This document shows, piece after piece, positions 53,232 through 63,629 of a DNA stretch of 64,000 nucleotides. The stretch spans positions 2,316 to 66,315 of the forward strand of contig CAYHDJ010000002.1 of NCBI GenBank assembly GCA_964355565.1, read 5' to 3'. Position numbers and translations under genes: made by a program. The stretch's first letter is position 1, and each line of letters starts with the position of its first letter. The notes beneath the pieces were generated by a model. It did not search any database. It was given only the letters and a program-made list of their open reading frames with translations, and had not been told where the DNA came from. The DNA is from an uncultured Enterobacteriaceae bacterium. Its GTDB lineage: Bacteria > Pseudomonadota > Gammaproteobacteria > UBA6186 > Azoamicaceae.

Positions 53232-53987
53232 TCACAATAGTAATTCAGATATATTTTTAAACAAATCTACTAAATAAATATCACAATTATTTAATACAAA
53301 TGGAATTCCATTATTAGCAGAATTACTAATATACTCAATTAATGGAATTTCATAAAAATTATCTATAGAAAACTCATTAGCCAGCTTTTCTGTAAAACCA
53401 TGATTTCCATAAATATAATTCAAATGATTGCAATTAACACACTTTAAAAATGTCATATTTTCTACTAAACAACAAATATTTATATTAAATTTCTTCAACA
53501 TTACTATAGATCGTCTAAGATCATCAACTGATAATATTTGAGGAGTAGTAACCAAAATTACACCAGTAAAAATAATATCTCTTAATAGACTTAAATAAAT
53601 ATCTCCAGTGCCTGGTGGAAAATCTACTATCAATACATCTAAATCACCCCACACTGTATTATTAAACAAGTGCCTAATTGCATTACTAATCATTGGACCA
53701 CGCCATAAAACTGGAGAATTAATATTTAAAAAATATCCCATGGACATAGAATATACACCATGCTTGAAAATTGGCACAAAAGAATTATCAGTGAAATTCA
53801 AATTTAAATAATCTTCACTAGATATTCCTAATAATCTTAAATGATTTGGTCCATATGCATCAGCGTCAAGTAAACCCACTTTTTTTTTAAAAAAATTTGA
53901 CAAAGAGCATGCTAAATTAACAGCTAAAGTACTCTTTCCAACCCCGCCTTTACACGACATAATCCCAAATATATTTTTTATAGACAT
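53232..53987 (-). CDS. mrp: Mrp/ApbC (NBP35) Fe-S cluster carrier ATPase
   Basis: KGGVGKST, DADAYGP, WRGPM, WGDLD.L.VDFPPGTGD, VTTPQ, VENM..CVNC. Confidence 0.94.
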   Translation of the reverse strand: MSIKNIFGIMSCKGGVGKSTLAVNLACSLSNFFKKKVGLLDADAYGPNHLRLLGISSEDYLNLNFTDNSFVPIFKHGVYSMSMGYFLNINSPVLWRGPMISNAIRHLFNNTVWGDLDVLIVDFPPGTGDIYLSLLRDIIFTGVILVTTPQILSVDDLRRSIVMLKKFNINICCLVENMTFLKCVNCNHLNYIYGNHGFTEKLANEFSIDNFYEIPLIEYISNSANNGIPFVLNNCDIYLVDLFKNISELLL

Positions 53988-54076
53988 AAATTACAAAAAA
54001 ACTTAACTAAAAAAATTCAAAAAAAATTTACACTATAGAAATTACTACTAACACTAATTTAGCCAATACTTATAAA

Positions 54077-54643
54077 TTAAATAATTCTTGACACATATTC
54101 ATGATTTTCTGTATCTATTTTAATGAGATCATTTGCCTTAACAAATAATGGAACTTTTACACTTATACCAGTTTCTAAAACTGCATTCTTAAAAGTTTTT
54201 GAAATTACAGACATGCTGTTTACATCTTCTGCTGAAATAACTATTAACTCAACAAATTTAGGCAACTTAAAAGCAATAATTGTGTTATTCCAAAAAACAA
54301 GATAACACAAACACCCTTCTTTTAAAAAATTTTTATCAGCGCCTATAATATTACTAAACACCTCATGATACTCAGACGATTGCTCATCAATAAAATAAAA
54401 AATATCATTTGACAAATATAAATATTTAGCCTTTAACTCAAATAAATCAGCTGCCTTTAACTTCTCGCTAAGTTTAATAGTTTTTCGTATTATAAGTCCG
54501 GATACAATATGTTTCATTTTTAATCTATTAAATGCTTGACCCTTACCAGGATTAACAAATTCCTGTTCAATTATAACATAAGGTTCATTATTAACTTCAA
54601 CTTTTAATCCAGGTTTAAAATCTTTGCTTTTATAAAATATCAT
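54077..54643 (-). CDS. efp: Elongation factor P
   Basis: VNPGKGQAF, K.A.LETG..V.VPLFV, IKIDT...EYVSR. Confidence 0.95.
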   Translation of the reverse strand: MIFYKSKDFKPGLKVEVNNEPYVIIEQEFVNPGKGQAFNRLKMKHIVSGLIIRKTIKLSEKLKAADLFELKAKYLYLSNDIFYFIDEQSSEYHEVFSNIIGADKNFLKEGCLCYLVFWNNTIIAFKLPKFVELIVISAEDVNSMSVISKTFKNAVLETGISVKVPLFVKANDLIKIDTENHEYVSRII

Positions 54644-55521
54644 AAATTAAAATTCTTAAAATATTTGAAAAATTCATTACTACTTGATAAAACAATAATA
54701 TCAGACTTACTACAAAAAGAATTTTTATAAGCATCTAAGCTTCTATAAAAAAAATAGAACTCAGGATCTAATTTATACGCATCAGCATAAATTTTAGTAA
54801 CAATAGCATCGCCTTCACCTTTTATTTTTTTAGCATCTTTCAATGCATGAGCAACAATAATGCGCTTTTCTTTTTCAGCTAAAGCATGAATTCTTACAGC
54901 CTCAGCTCTACCATTTGCTCTTATCTCACTAGCTACTCGTTCTCTTTCAGCTCTCATTCTATTATAAACAGAATCTCTAACTTCGTCAGGCAAATCTATA
55001 CGTTTTATTCTAACATCAATAACAGAAATACCTATATTCTTAGTAGTACTCTCCATATCTTCACGAAGTCTGAACATCAATTCCAACCTTTCACCATATA
55101 CAACTTCTTGAATAGTATGTCTGCCAAACTCAGCTTTTAAATCGGCTACTATTTTCTGCCTCAATAACTGTTCAGCCTTATTTCTATGTCCACCGGTTCT
55201 AGTGTAATATAAGGACAAATCATCAATTTGCCATAAAACATAAAAATCCACTAAGACATCTTTTTTTTCTTTAGTTGTAATCCTAGAAGACTGAGAATCT
55301 AAAACTTTTAAACGCATATCAAAAACTCTAACTTCTTGCAATAATGGTATTTTAAAATGCAATCCTGGATAATAAATTCTAGCAACTTTTGTCTTATCAT
55401 CTACTTTTAATTTACCTAAATATTCAATCAAAGCTTTATCTGTTTCATAAACAGTAAATAAAGAAAAAGGCATTATACACACTAAAACAACAAATAAAAA
55501 AACAAAGTAAAAAACCCTCAT
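54640..55521 (-). CDS. hflC: FtsH modulator HflC
   Basis: PGLHFKIP, T.EKK..LVD, DVRIKRIDLP, RMRAER, DPEFY.FYRSL.AY. Confidence 0.95.
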   Translation of the reverse strand: MRVFYFVFLFVVLVCIMPFSLFTVYETDKALIEYLGKLKVDDKTKVARIYYPGLHFKIPLLQEVRVFDMRLKVLDSQSSRITTKEKKDVLVDFYVLWQIDDLSLYYTRTGGHRNKAEQLLRQKIVADLKAEFGRHTIQEVVYGERLELMFRLREDMESTTKNIGISVIDVRIKRIDLPDEVRDSVYNRMRAERERVASEIRANGRAEAVRIHALAEKEKRIIVAHALKDAKKIKGEGDAIVTKIYADAYKLDPEFYFFYRSLDAYKNSFCSKSDIIVLSSSNEFFKYFKNFNL

Positions 55522-55534
55522 ATATAAACCTCAA

Positions 55535-56497
55535 TTATCTAGTTTTATTAGTTAATAACGTATTTTCACTACCATTTGACAAAAATTTATCAATAGGCAA
55601 ATAAATTATACTATTATTAGCTAAATCGATTAAAACTTTTGTGGTTTTTGAAAAAACACTTTCCAACGCATCCAAATAAAGCCGCATTCTAGTTACCTCT
55701 GGTGCATTCTTATATTCACCTAACATCAATTTAAATTTAATAACATCACCGTCAGCTATAAAAATAACTTCTTGCTTATAAGCGTTGGCCGTTTCTAAAA
55801 TTCTAAAAGCCTCGCCTTTAGCTTCAGGTATGACCTTATTTGCAAATGATTCAGCTTGATGCTTCAATTGCTCCTTTTCTTCTTGAGCTTTTATAACATC
55901 ATCAAAAGAGCTTTTTATATCATTTGGTATTCTAACATCTTTCAAAGCAACAACAGAAACATATATACCAGAATTATAAGAATCTAATATATGCTGTAAT
56001 TGTTCATGAATTTCAGAAGCAATTTGTTCTTTACCTAATGTCATTAAAAAATCTAAATCAGAGTACCCCACAACCTGCCTTAATGCGCTATCAGCAGCTT
56101 CCTTTAAACTTTTATCAGGTTCAGCTAAATTAAACAAATATTTTTCAACATCACTAATTCTATATTGCACTTCTATCTCTACAGTTATTATATTTTCATC
56201 TCTAGTTAACATATAAGAACCATAATGACCACTTCGTTCTAACTTTTCTGTATTAACAATTTGTTTTTTTTCAAAAAAAATAGGTATCCAATTAGGCCCT
56301 TGGCCAGTAATTCTGTTATATTTACCTAGCCGTGTTATTACAGCTTGCTCTGCAGGCTTAACAATATACACGCCTAAAGCCAAATATACAAAAAAAATTA
56401 AAAAAATAACTCCAACAAAAACCTTTTTAAAAAAAGTACCATCAAATTTATACTCATTACCACCTAAAAACCTAAAAACAAAATTCTTAAAAAACAT
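55535..56497 (-). CDS. hflK: FtsH modulator HflK
   Basis: MLTRDEN, VQYRI, DSALRQVVG, FDDVIKA, APEVTR.RLYL. Confidence 0.94.
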   Translation of the reverse strand: MFFKNFVFRFLGGNEYKFDGTFFKKVFVGVIFLIFFVYLALGVYIVKPAEQAVITRLGKYNRITGQGPNWIPIFFEKKQIVNTEKLERSGHYGSYMLTRDENIITVEIEVQYRISDVEKYLFNLAEPDKSLKEAADSALRQVVGYSDLDFLMTLGKEQIASEIHEQLQHILDSYNSGIYVSVVALKDVRIPNDIKSSFDDVIKAQEEKEQLKHQAESFANKVIPEAKGEAFRILETANAYKQEVIFIADGDVIKFKLMLGEYKNAPEVTRMRLYLDALESVFSKTTKVLIDLANNSIIYLPIDKFLSNGSENTLLTNKTR

Positions 56498-56521
56498 ACA
56501 ACACCCTTGCTTTTAAAAAAA

Positions 56522-57403
56522 TCAAAATAACAACGCATTAATAATGCTAACGCTATCCTTTAATAAAAACTTCTCCTTATTTTCAATATAAAACACATTA
56601 GAACCAAACTTTTTAGCCCACTTCAATTGATTATTAGATAAATCAATGGTAGATTTCAAAATTGATTTAACTGCATTCAAAAAACACATCTTATTATCTA
56701 AATAAAGCCATAAATCTTTATATCCAATAGACCTAATAGATTGAGAGTTAACTGTTAAATCTCCTCTAGAATATAGCGCTTCAACTTCAGATAAAAAACC
56801 ATCAGCTAACATCCCCAAAAGCCTATTTTTTATTTTACAGTAAAAAACTTCCTTATTAAATGGCACTAAAAAAATATTCACAAATTTAAAACAAAAAATA
56901 TCAGAATTAAAATAATCAAACAAACAAAATTTATCTCTATAAACTTTATTAAATGTATTTAAACATTTACCATTTTTATCATCTTTTGTCAAAAATTCAA
57001 AAAAACTTTTAAAAAAAATATTAAAGTTTTTGTTAAATAAAAAACTTTTAAAAAATTTAAAAAAATTTTGTAAATACCAAATATACATCATAGTTCCACC
57101 AACAAACACAGGAATTTTACCATGATAAAAACAATCTAACACTATAAAAAATGCATCAACACAAAAATCCCAAACAGAATAAGTTTCACTTGGATCTTTA
57201 ATAGATATTAAATGATGTACAATTTTACTTCTAATAAAATAACTTGGTTTACCAGTTCCTATATCCATATATTTATATATCATACTCGCATCAGCATTAA
57301 GAATCTCAATTGGAAAATAATTATATAAATCAACTGATAATTTAGTTTTACCAACGCATGTAGGCCCAATTATAAAAATAATTAAATTATTTAAATGTAA
57401 CAT
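56522..57403 (-). CDS. miaA: tRNA dimethylallyltransferase
   Basis: GPTCVGKT, DAS.IYK.MDIGTGKP, HHLI, VGGTMMY, SIGYK. Confidence 0.93.
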   Translation of the reverse strand: MLHLNNLIIFIIGPTCVGKTKLSVDLYNYFPIEILNADASMIYKYMDIGTGKPSYFIRSKIVHHLISIKDPSETYSVWDFCVDAFFIVLDCFYHGKIPVFVGGTMMYIWYLQNFFKFFKSFLFNKNFNIFFKSFFEFLTKDDKNGKCLNTFNKVYRDKFCLFDYFNSDIFCFKFVNIFLVPFNKEVFYCKIKNRLLGMLADGFLSEVEALYSRGDLTVNSQSIRSIGYKDLWLYLDNKMCFLNAVKSILKSTIDLSNNQLKWAKKFGSNVFYIENKEKFLLKDSVSIINALLF

Positions 57404-57436
57404 AAATATTAATAAAAATATCAGACTTAAACAATC

Positions 57437-57859
57437 TTATTGCATAACAGATTGATCAAACAGCCACTGTTCAACCAAAATAACCGCTGAACAAGCATTC
57501 ACAGAAAAAAAAACAGTTCTGTCGTTTTTATTCCTATCAATCAAAAACACTCGTCTAGCCTGCCAGGTGGATAAATTCTCATTAACAAAGATGACAGGAA
57601 TTAAAAACGACAATCTTAAATCAAATGCAAAATTATCTATTTTATCTAATAAAAACGAATTATCATATAAATCACTAATTGGATAACCTATAACAATGCA
57701 CTGCGGACTCCAAAATTCCAATATAGAGGCTATATAATAATTTCTAATGTAGTTTTCTTTAACAAAAATAGAAAACAACGGAGAAGCCGAGCATGTTAAA
57801 AATTGCCCAACTGCTACACCAACATAATTAACACCAAAATCAAAACCTAAAACAAACAA
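57437..57859 (-). CDS. yqgF: YqgF/RuvX pre-16S rRNA nuclease
   Basis: LGFDFG...GVAVGQ, ASPL, W.P..IVIGYP, NE.LST, SA.IL; TTG start after a GGTGAGG RBS. Confidence 0.85.
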   Translation of the reverse strand: MFVLGFDFGVNYVGVAVGQFLTCSASPLFSIFVKENYIRNYYIASILEFWSPQCIVIGYPISDLYDNSFLLDKIDNFAFDLRLSFLIPVIFVNENLSTWQARRVFLIDRNKNDRTVFFSVNACSAVILVEQWLFDQSVMQ

Positions 57860-57866
57860 AAACGCC

Positions 57867-58436
57867 TCACCTATAATCAACACATAATAATAAATTATAA
57901 GAAATATTAAAGTTAAAAAAATAAAATCTAAAAAATGAATGTACATTACAACATTTAGATAGGATAAATAATAAAAGAGTTTGAATAGAAAAAAAAAATT
58001 TTTCTAAAAAAAAACAAAACTTAAATAATAATAAATAAACACTAAAAGAAATAGATAATAAAATCGGCAACAAAAAATTCTCAAAAAAACTTGAATAAAA
58101 ACAATTATAATTAAAAATAAAATATAAAATAAAACTAGTATTCAAAAAACAAACATCTACAGGAACAAACAAAAAACATAAAAATTTATTAACAAATTTT
58201 GAAAAAAATACAGTCAACAAAGCTGAAATTGGCCCACAATTCTTTACTATATCAAAAAAACACGAATACCCACTATACTTTCCACCAACATAAACATCAA
58301 CAAAACCAACATCAAATAATAAATTTAATCTAGAATCTAAAAAAGAATATCTACCAAAAACAAATAAAACTTTATCTTCACCAAATCTACTAGAAGCTCC
58401 ACCAGCCAAAACGCTTGGACAAATATATCTAAACAT
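57867..58436 (-). CDS. mobA: Molybdenum cofactor guanylyltransferase (diverged)
   Basis: LAGGASSRFGEDK, D.....GP, VPVD..FL, FFNFN; end of the Moco operon. Confidence 0.82.
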   Translation of the reverse strand: MFRYICPSVLAGGASSRFGEDKVLFVFGRYSFLDSRLNLLFDVGFVDVYVGGKYSGYSCFFDIVKNCGPISALLTVFFSKFVNKFLCFLFVPVDVCFLNTSFILYFIFNYNCFYSSFFENFLLPILLSISFSVYLLLFKFCFFLEKFFFSIQTLLLFILSKCCNVHSFFRFYFFNFNISYNLLLCVDYR

Positions 58437-58440
58437 AAAA

Positions 58441-58863
58441 TTAAAATGAATTAATCCAATTATAACTTAAATCTAAATAATGCTCTTTTTTCCAAATTGG
58501 AATGGAATGCTTTATATATTCAACTATTGCTGTACAAGTTAAAAATGATGTTGCCCTATCAATAGAACTAACACAAACAATTAAATTCACCTCCCCAACA
58601 TACAATATTCCAGACCTCTGAAAAATACAAATCTTACAAACTTTATCGCACAACAATAAATCAAAACACTTTTTATTCAACAATGAATATACCAATGAAT
58701 TAAAAACATAATAATTAACAAAACTAACTTCTTTGCCATAGTTTATATTTCTAATAGTACCAATGAATGAAAAAACTGCCCCAGCAGCATCATTAAAAAC
58801 AGACATTACCAAATTAACATCTAACCTTGAATCACATATATTTATAATCAACTTATCATGCAT
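58441..58863 (-). CDS. moaE: Molybdopterin synthase catalytic subunit
   Basis: AGAVFSFIGTIRN.N.GK.V, G.L.VGE, R...F, K..IPIWKKE; start moved to 58863. Confidence 0.92.
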   Translation of the reverse strand: MHDKLIINICDSRLDVNLVMSVFNDAAGAVFSFIGTIRNINYGKEVSFVNYYVFNSLVYSLLNKKCFDLLLCDKVCKICIFQRSGILYVGEVNLIVCVSSIDRATSFLTCTAIVEYIKHSIPIWKKEHYLDLSYNWINSF

Positions 58864-58864
58864 A

Positions 58865-59125
58865 TCACCCTCCAGAAAATGGCGGTAATAAACAAATAAT
58901 ATCATTATTAATTAAAACATAATCATCACTTAATATGTTAACTCCATCAGAAAAAACAGACCTACTCAAAACATATTCAAAATTTAAAAACGAACTATTT
59001 TTAAATTTATTCAATAATTCGCCTCTTAATAAAAAAATAGACAAATCGTCAGATATATCAATAGATAAATTATCAGAAAAATAATCTTGAAAAATTCCAA
59101 ACATCTTAACATTTACCGTAATCAT
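58865..59125 (-). CDS. moaD: Molybdopterin synthase sulfur carrier subunit
   Basis: Ubiquitin-like size; C-terminal D.I.LLPPFSGG. Confidence 0.92.
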   Translation of the reverse strand: MITVNVKMFGIFQDYFSDNLSIDISDDLSIFLLRGELLNKFKNSSFLNFEYVLSRSVFSDGVNILSDDYVLINNDIICLLPPFSGG

Positions 59126-60377
59126 AATATTTAACTAAATTATAAGGTTGATAAAAATAAACATTCAAAATATCGCCCTTCATAGCTCTATCAGTCATCC
59201 GTAAAAACGCAAAAGAATTAGATCTAGAAAAAGATTGTACTTTAAATGATTGTTGATCAGTAACTATTTTAACATAAAATTTTGAATTATAAAAATAAGT
59301 AAAAGACTTTAAAAATAAATCACACTTACGCTCAAACAAATAATCTCCATCTAACACAGCTTTTAACGGTTCATCAAAAAAACATCCATTCAAATGTTGT
59401 AAAAAAGGGTAAATAAAAAATCTTAAACCAATTATTGAAGAAATAGGATTTCCAGGTAAACAAAAAAAATAATTGGATCTATACTTAGCAAATAAAATAG
59501 GTTTTCCAGGTTTTATGGAAATTCCATGAAAAAGAATACGAGCTCCCAACTCAATCAAAAACGTTGGAATAAAATCTGCTCTACCTTTAGAAACGGCTCC
59601 AGTGGTTATAATAATACTGTTTTTTTCATAAGACAAAATATTATAAATTTTCTTTTTAAAAACATTTTTAAAATCACTGCTAACACCTAAATAAACCACA
59701 TCAATCCCAAGCTCTTTAAAAAAACTTATAAAATAGCACGCTATGGAATTTTTAACATAAAATCTATCAGAGTCTAAATTAAACGAATCAGTAATCTCAT
59801 CACCAGTACAAATCAAAAAAATTTTCAAACAATTAAAAACAGAAAGTTCAGACACTCCAAAAGCAGAAACTGACATAATATTAGCACAAGAAATAATTTG
59901 TCCTTTTCTTATTAAAAAATCACCAAACGCAAAATCTTCACCTAAAAATCTAACATTTTCATATAAATTTAAATATCGTGTAATAATTAAATCAAATGGA
60001 TTATTATCTTTTAAACAAGCATCTTCTATTTTAACAACAACATTAAACCTAGACGGCAGTCTTGCTCCGGTCATAATTTCAATAACATAATCCCCATCAA
60101 AATCATTAAAATCAACTAAATTGCCAGCTTTTATAATATCAATTATAAAAAAATTATTACTAATACAACTGAAATTATAATTAATCTTAAAAAAATTAAA
60201 AGCATAACCATCCATTGCAGCATTGCTAAAAACAGGAATATAATTAAAAGCAACCAAATCAAAACAATTAACCATTTTAACAGAATCAATTAGTTTTACG
60301 CTTACACGTCTATTTGACAAAACAGACTTATCACTACTGTTAAATAAAATATCTAATGCAAAAAAATAATTAATCAT
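59106..60377 (-). CDS. moeA: Molybdopterin molybdotransferase
   Basis: AMDGYA, IMTGARLP, NVR..GED, TGDEI, TTGAVS.G..DF, IKPGKP, LPGNP.S. Confidence 0.94.
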   Translation of the reverse strand: MINYFFALDILFNSSDKSVLSNRRVSVKLIDSVKMVNCFDLVAFNYIPVFSNAAMDGYAFNFFKINYNFSCISNNFFIIDIIKAGNLVDFNDFDGDYVIEIMTGARLPSRFNVVVKIEDACLKDNNPFDLIITRYLNLYENVRFLGEDFAFGDFLIRKGQIISCANIMSVSAFGVSELSVFNCLKIFLICTGDEITDSFNLDSDRFYVKNSIACYFISFFKELGIDVVYLGVSSDFKNVFKKKIYNILSYEKNSIIITTGAVSKGRADFIPTFLIELGARILFHGISIKPGKPILFAKYRSNYFFCLPGNPISSIIGLRFFIYPFLQHLNGCFFDEPLKAVLDGDYLFERKCDLFLKSFTYFYNSKFYVKIVTDQQSFKVQSFSRSNSFAFLRMTDRAMKGDILNVYFYQPYNLVKYYDYGKC

Positions 60378-61378
60378 ATTTTATTTATATTAAACACAGC
60401 ATGTAATAATAATTTTTCTAATGAACTTAAACATTCAGAGACAGCTGATGGATTACCTGGCAACGAAACTATTAAAGTTTTTTTATAAACGCCAGCCACA
60501 GACCTACTTAGCCAGGAATTATTAGAATAAAATGCTCCATTTAATCGCAAAAACTCGCCTATGCCAGGAATAATCTTATGACATAAATTATTAACAACAT
60601 CAACAGTAATATCCCTATCAGATACACCAGTACCACCAGATGTAATAACAACATTTGGAGAATAAATGTCAATATAATTTTTTAAAACGTTAAATAAAAC
60701 GAATTTATCATCAGGCAAAATAATATCAGTTAATATATTACTGCCTCTATGCATAAAAAAATTAAATAATACTCCTCCAGATAAATCTTGATACCTGCCC
60801 AAACTAGCTCTATCACTAACAGTAACCAAAAACACAGACATACTATTTAAATTAACCAACTCAGTTAAAAAATATTTTCTAAAATGAGATGGTATTTTAT
60901 CTAAAGACCCAATAAAAGCTGCGTTTTCACCACCATCTTTAAATAACAAATTGACGGCTTTTATATAACTATGTGGATTATATTTCTTAGTCAAATCATA
61001 AACTGTCAATAATGCAATAACAACGCCAACCATAGCTTCCATTTCCAATCCAGTCTTAGCATGAGCAAATACAAAAGAATAAACATCTATACTATAAGTA
61101 TCTTCATTAAGTAACACATGCAAAAAAACATTCTCAATACTGATAGGATGACATAAAAAGAGCATATTTGCTGTATTTTTAACAGCGTGTATGCCAGCAA
61201 TTTCAGCTAAAATTAATGGATTTCCTTTTTCTATATGCCCATCTTTAATAAGAAAAAAAACTTCTTTACCAATATAAATAGATCCAAAAACACATGCTCT
61301 TCTATAAGATGTTTTCTTTAAACTAATATCTATCATTCTATAAGACGTTGCACTACTAAAATCAACCACGTTAACCAC
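60374..61378 (-). CDS. moaCB: Bifunctional MoaC / MoaB-MogA fusion
   Basis: N half: MIDIS.K...R.A, AGI.A.K.T....LCHP, KTGLEMEA, YDLTK. C half: TVSDRAS.G.Y.D.SG, TSGGTG...RD.T, SR..AG, LPGNP. Confidence 0.92.
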   Translation of the reverse strand: MVNVVDFSSATSYRMIDISLKKTSYRRACVFGSIYIGKEVFFLIKDGHIEKGNPLILAEIAGIHAVKNTANMLFLCHPISIENVFLHVLLNEDTYSIDVYSFVFAHAKTGLEMEAMVGVVIALLTVYDLTKKYNPHSYIKAVNLLFKDGGENAAFIGSLDKIPSHFRKYFLTELVNLNSMSVFLVTVSDRASLGRYQDLSGGVLFNFFMHRGSNILTDIILPDDKFVLFNVLKNYIDIYSPNVVITSGGTGVSDRDITVDVVNNLCHKIIPGIGEFLRLNGAFYSNNSWLSRSVAGVYKKTLIVSLPGNPSAVSECLSSLEKLLLHAVFNINKI

Positions 61379-62345
61379 CTATAGACGATAATGTTTTAAT
61401 ACTACCAAATTTATTATCATATAAAAAATGCGATTTAGACTTAATTTTAATTTTTTCTAATAAAAAATTTATTAAATCATTTTTTTTACTAGCAGAATCT
61501 AAAAAACCCCTAATTGAGTACCCAACATCTCCAAATAAACATAAAAACAAATCACCACAAGAAGATATACGAAGCCTGTTACAATCATCACAAAAATAAT
61601 TGGAATATGGCATAATGAAACCAATACTCCCTAAAAAATCAGGATTATTAAACACCATTGCAGGCCCTGCAGATATTGATTTATTTAAATTTTTCAACCA
61701 TCCATTACGCAACAAAAAAGCACTTAAATAAGTAGAGCTTAAACATATAGAATTGTTACGTTTAATATCCAACGTTTCCATCTGATCTATAAATCTAACA
61801 TCCAATCTTTTATATTTAATTAAGGAATAAAAATTTTCAAAATCTAAAAATGAAAAAAAATCAGACAACACAATATTTAATTTAACCTTTAAACCAAGTT
61901 CTAAACACAAAAAAATACCCTTAACAACTTCATCGAAGTAATTCTTACCTGTCATAAAAACAAATTTTTTCTTGTCCAATGAATCTAAACTAATATTCAC
62001 ACCACTAAACCCAGCGTTTCTTACGTCATGCGCTATCTTATAAAGTTTATAACCATTGGTAGTAAAAACTAAAGACTTTATAGTAGAAAAATCAGATATA
62101 CATCGCCCTATATCTAAAAAATCATTTCGTATAGTTGGTTCTCCACCAGTTAATCTAACCTTTACTATTCCCAGATCAGAAAATGCTGCTATTAAATTCT
62201 TAATTTCACTCAAAGTTAAATAAGACTTTTTATCAAACTTTCTAAAATCAGGCAAACAATACTTACAGTTAAAATTACATGCATCTGTAATAGATAACCT
62301 CAAATAATAAAAAAATCTATTATAATTATCAATCAATGAACTCAT
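61371..62345 (-). CDS. moaA: GTP 3',8-cyclase
   Basis: YLRLSITDACNFNCKYC, RLTGGEP, TTNG, NISLDSL, FCDDCNRLR, CLF, C-terminal IGG. Confidence 0.97.
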   Translation of the reverse strand: MSSLIDNYNRFFYYLRLSITDACNFNCKYCLPDFRKFDKKSYLTLSEIKNLIAAFSDLGIVKVRLTGGEPTIRNDFLDIGRCISDFSTIKSLVFTTNGYKLYKIAHDVRNAGFSGVNISLDSLDKKKFVFMTGKNYFDEVVKGIFLCLELGLKVKLNIVLSDFFSFLDFENFYSLIKYKRLDVRFIDQMETLDIKRNNSICLSSTYLSAFLLRNGWLKNLNKSISAGPAMVFNNPDFLGSIGFIMPYSNYFCDDCNRLRISSCGDLFLCLFGDVGYSIRGFLDSASKKNDLINFLLEKIKIKSKSHFLYDNKFGSIKTLSSIGG

Positions 62346-63616
62346 GATTGACTTATCGTTTTATCAACAGCTAAAATAGCACAATGCATCCAAATAACTG
62401 ATACACAAACAATAAAAAATAACAACATAAAACAACTAGTCCATACTCCAACAATATCATTCAACAATCCAAAAACTATTGGACAACAAAACCCACCTAA
62501 ACCACCTATCAAACCAACTATTCCACCAACAGCTCCCACCCCAGAAGGATAATAAACTGCAATATGTTTATAAACAGCTGCCTTTCCAAGAGACATGAAA
62601 AAACCTAAAAACATAGTCAATATAACAAACGGTATTAAAGTAATTCTCAAACTGAATGTTATATCACCAGAAGTGCCTTGAATTATATAATTTGTGGCTG
62701 GATAAGACATAAAAAACAAACACAACCCAGAACCAATAAAAGTAAGATACATAACTTTTCTAGCACCTAAACGATCAGACATAACACCACCAAGTGCTCT
62801 AAAAACACTACCTGGGAATGAATATAAAGACGTTAACATACCTGCCGCCTTGATATCAAGTCCATAAACACCTATATAATATCTAGGCAACCATAAAGCT
62901 AAAGCTACAAACGCACCAAAAACAAAAAAATAATAGAATGAAAACCTCCAAACTTGAATATTCTTTAATGGATATAATTGTTCTGCCATACCAACACTTT
63001 TCATATTAAATTTCTTTCTATGCTCTAAAACAGGATCATCCTTGGAAAAAATATAAAAACTGATGGCAGTAATACATAAAACAATAGAATAAACTTTAGC
63101 AACACCATGCCAGCCCAAAAATAATAAAAATGGTGCTCCAAAATTAGTAAGAGCAGCTCCAAAATTACCCATACCAAAAATACCTAAAGCCGTGCCTTGC
63201 AAACTTTTAGGATACCATCTAGAAACATAAGCAATTCCAACAGCAAAACCACCACCAGCCAAACCAACCCCCAAGGCTGCGCAAATGCACTGATAATAAT
63301 CATTACAAAAAGTTAAAAGAAAAAGAGAAAAAGATGATAACAACATCAATATAGTAAAAACTATCTTACCGCCATATTTATCAGTCAACATGCCAAGCAA
63401 CAACCTGCATAAAGAACCTGTCAAAATTGGAGTGGCTACTAATAACCCAAACTGAGTATCACTTAATCCAATCTCATATTTTATCCTTATACCTATAATA
63501 GAAAAAATAGTCCATACAGCAAAACAAAAAGTAAATGAAATAGTGCTAAGCAATAATGCTCTCAGCCTATCATTTTTTGAAACATTATCATACATAGAAT
63601 CACTAAAACTAATCAT
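62342..63616 (-). CDS. narK: NarK family nitrate/nitrite MFS transporter (NarK1-like)
   Basis: CFAVWTIFSIIG, P.LTGS..R, AGGGF (nitrate signature), QGTALGIFG.GN.GA, YFFVFGAFVA, RALGG, GG.VG..GGLGGF. Confidence 0.93.
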   Translation of the reverse strand: MISFSDSMYDNVSKNDRLRALLLSTISFTFCFAVWTIFSIIGIRIKYEIGLSDTQFGLLVATPILTGSLCRLLLGMLTDKYGGKIVFTILMLLSSFSLFLLTFCNDYYQCICAALGVGLAGGGFAVGIAYVSRWYPKSLQGTALGIFGMGNFGAALTNFGAPFLLFLGWHGVAKVYSIVLCITAISFYIFSKDDPVLEHRKKFNMKSVGMAEQLYPLKNIQVWRFSFYYFFVFGAFVALALWLPRYYIGVYGLDIKAAGMLTSLYSFPGSVFRALGGVMSDRLGARKVMYLTFIGSGLCLFFMSYPATNYIIQGTSGDITFSLRITLIPFVILTMFLGFFMSLGKAAVYKHIAVYYPSGVGAVGGIVGLIGGLGGFCCPIVFGLLNDIVGVWTSCFMLLFFIVCVSVIWMHCAILAVDKTISQS

Positions 63617-63629
63617 TAAGACCCTTTTC

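Noticed and set aside
1143..55140. Many antisense or overlapping ORFs in the track (e.g. 5376-5780, 34308-34751, 41163-41690, 43450-44259, 49754-50113)
   Set aside because: They lie opposite or within well-identified genes, have no motifs, and are expected by-products of the strand-skewed codon usage.
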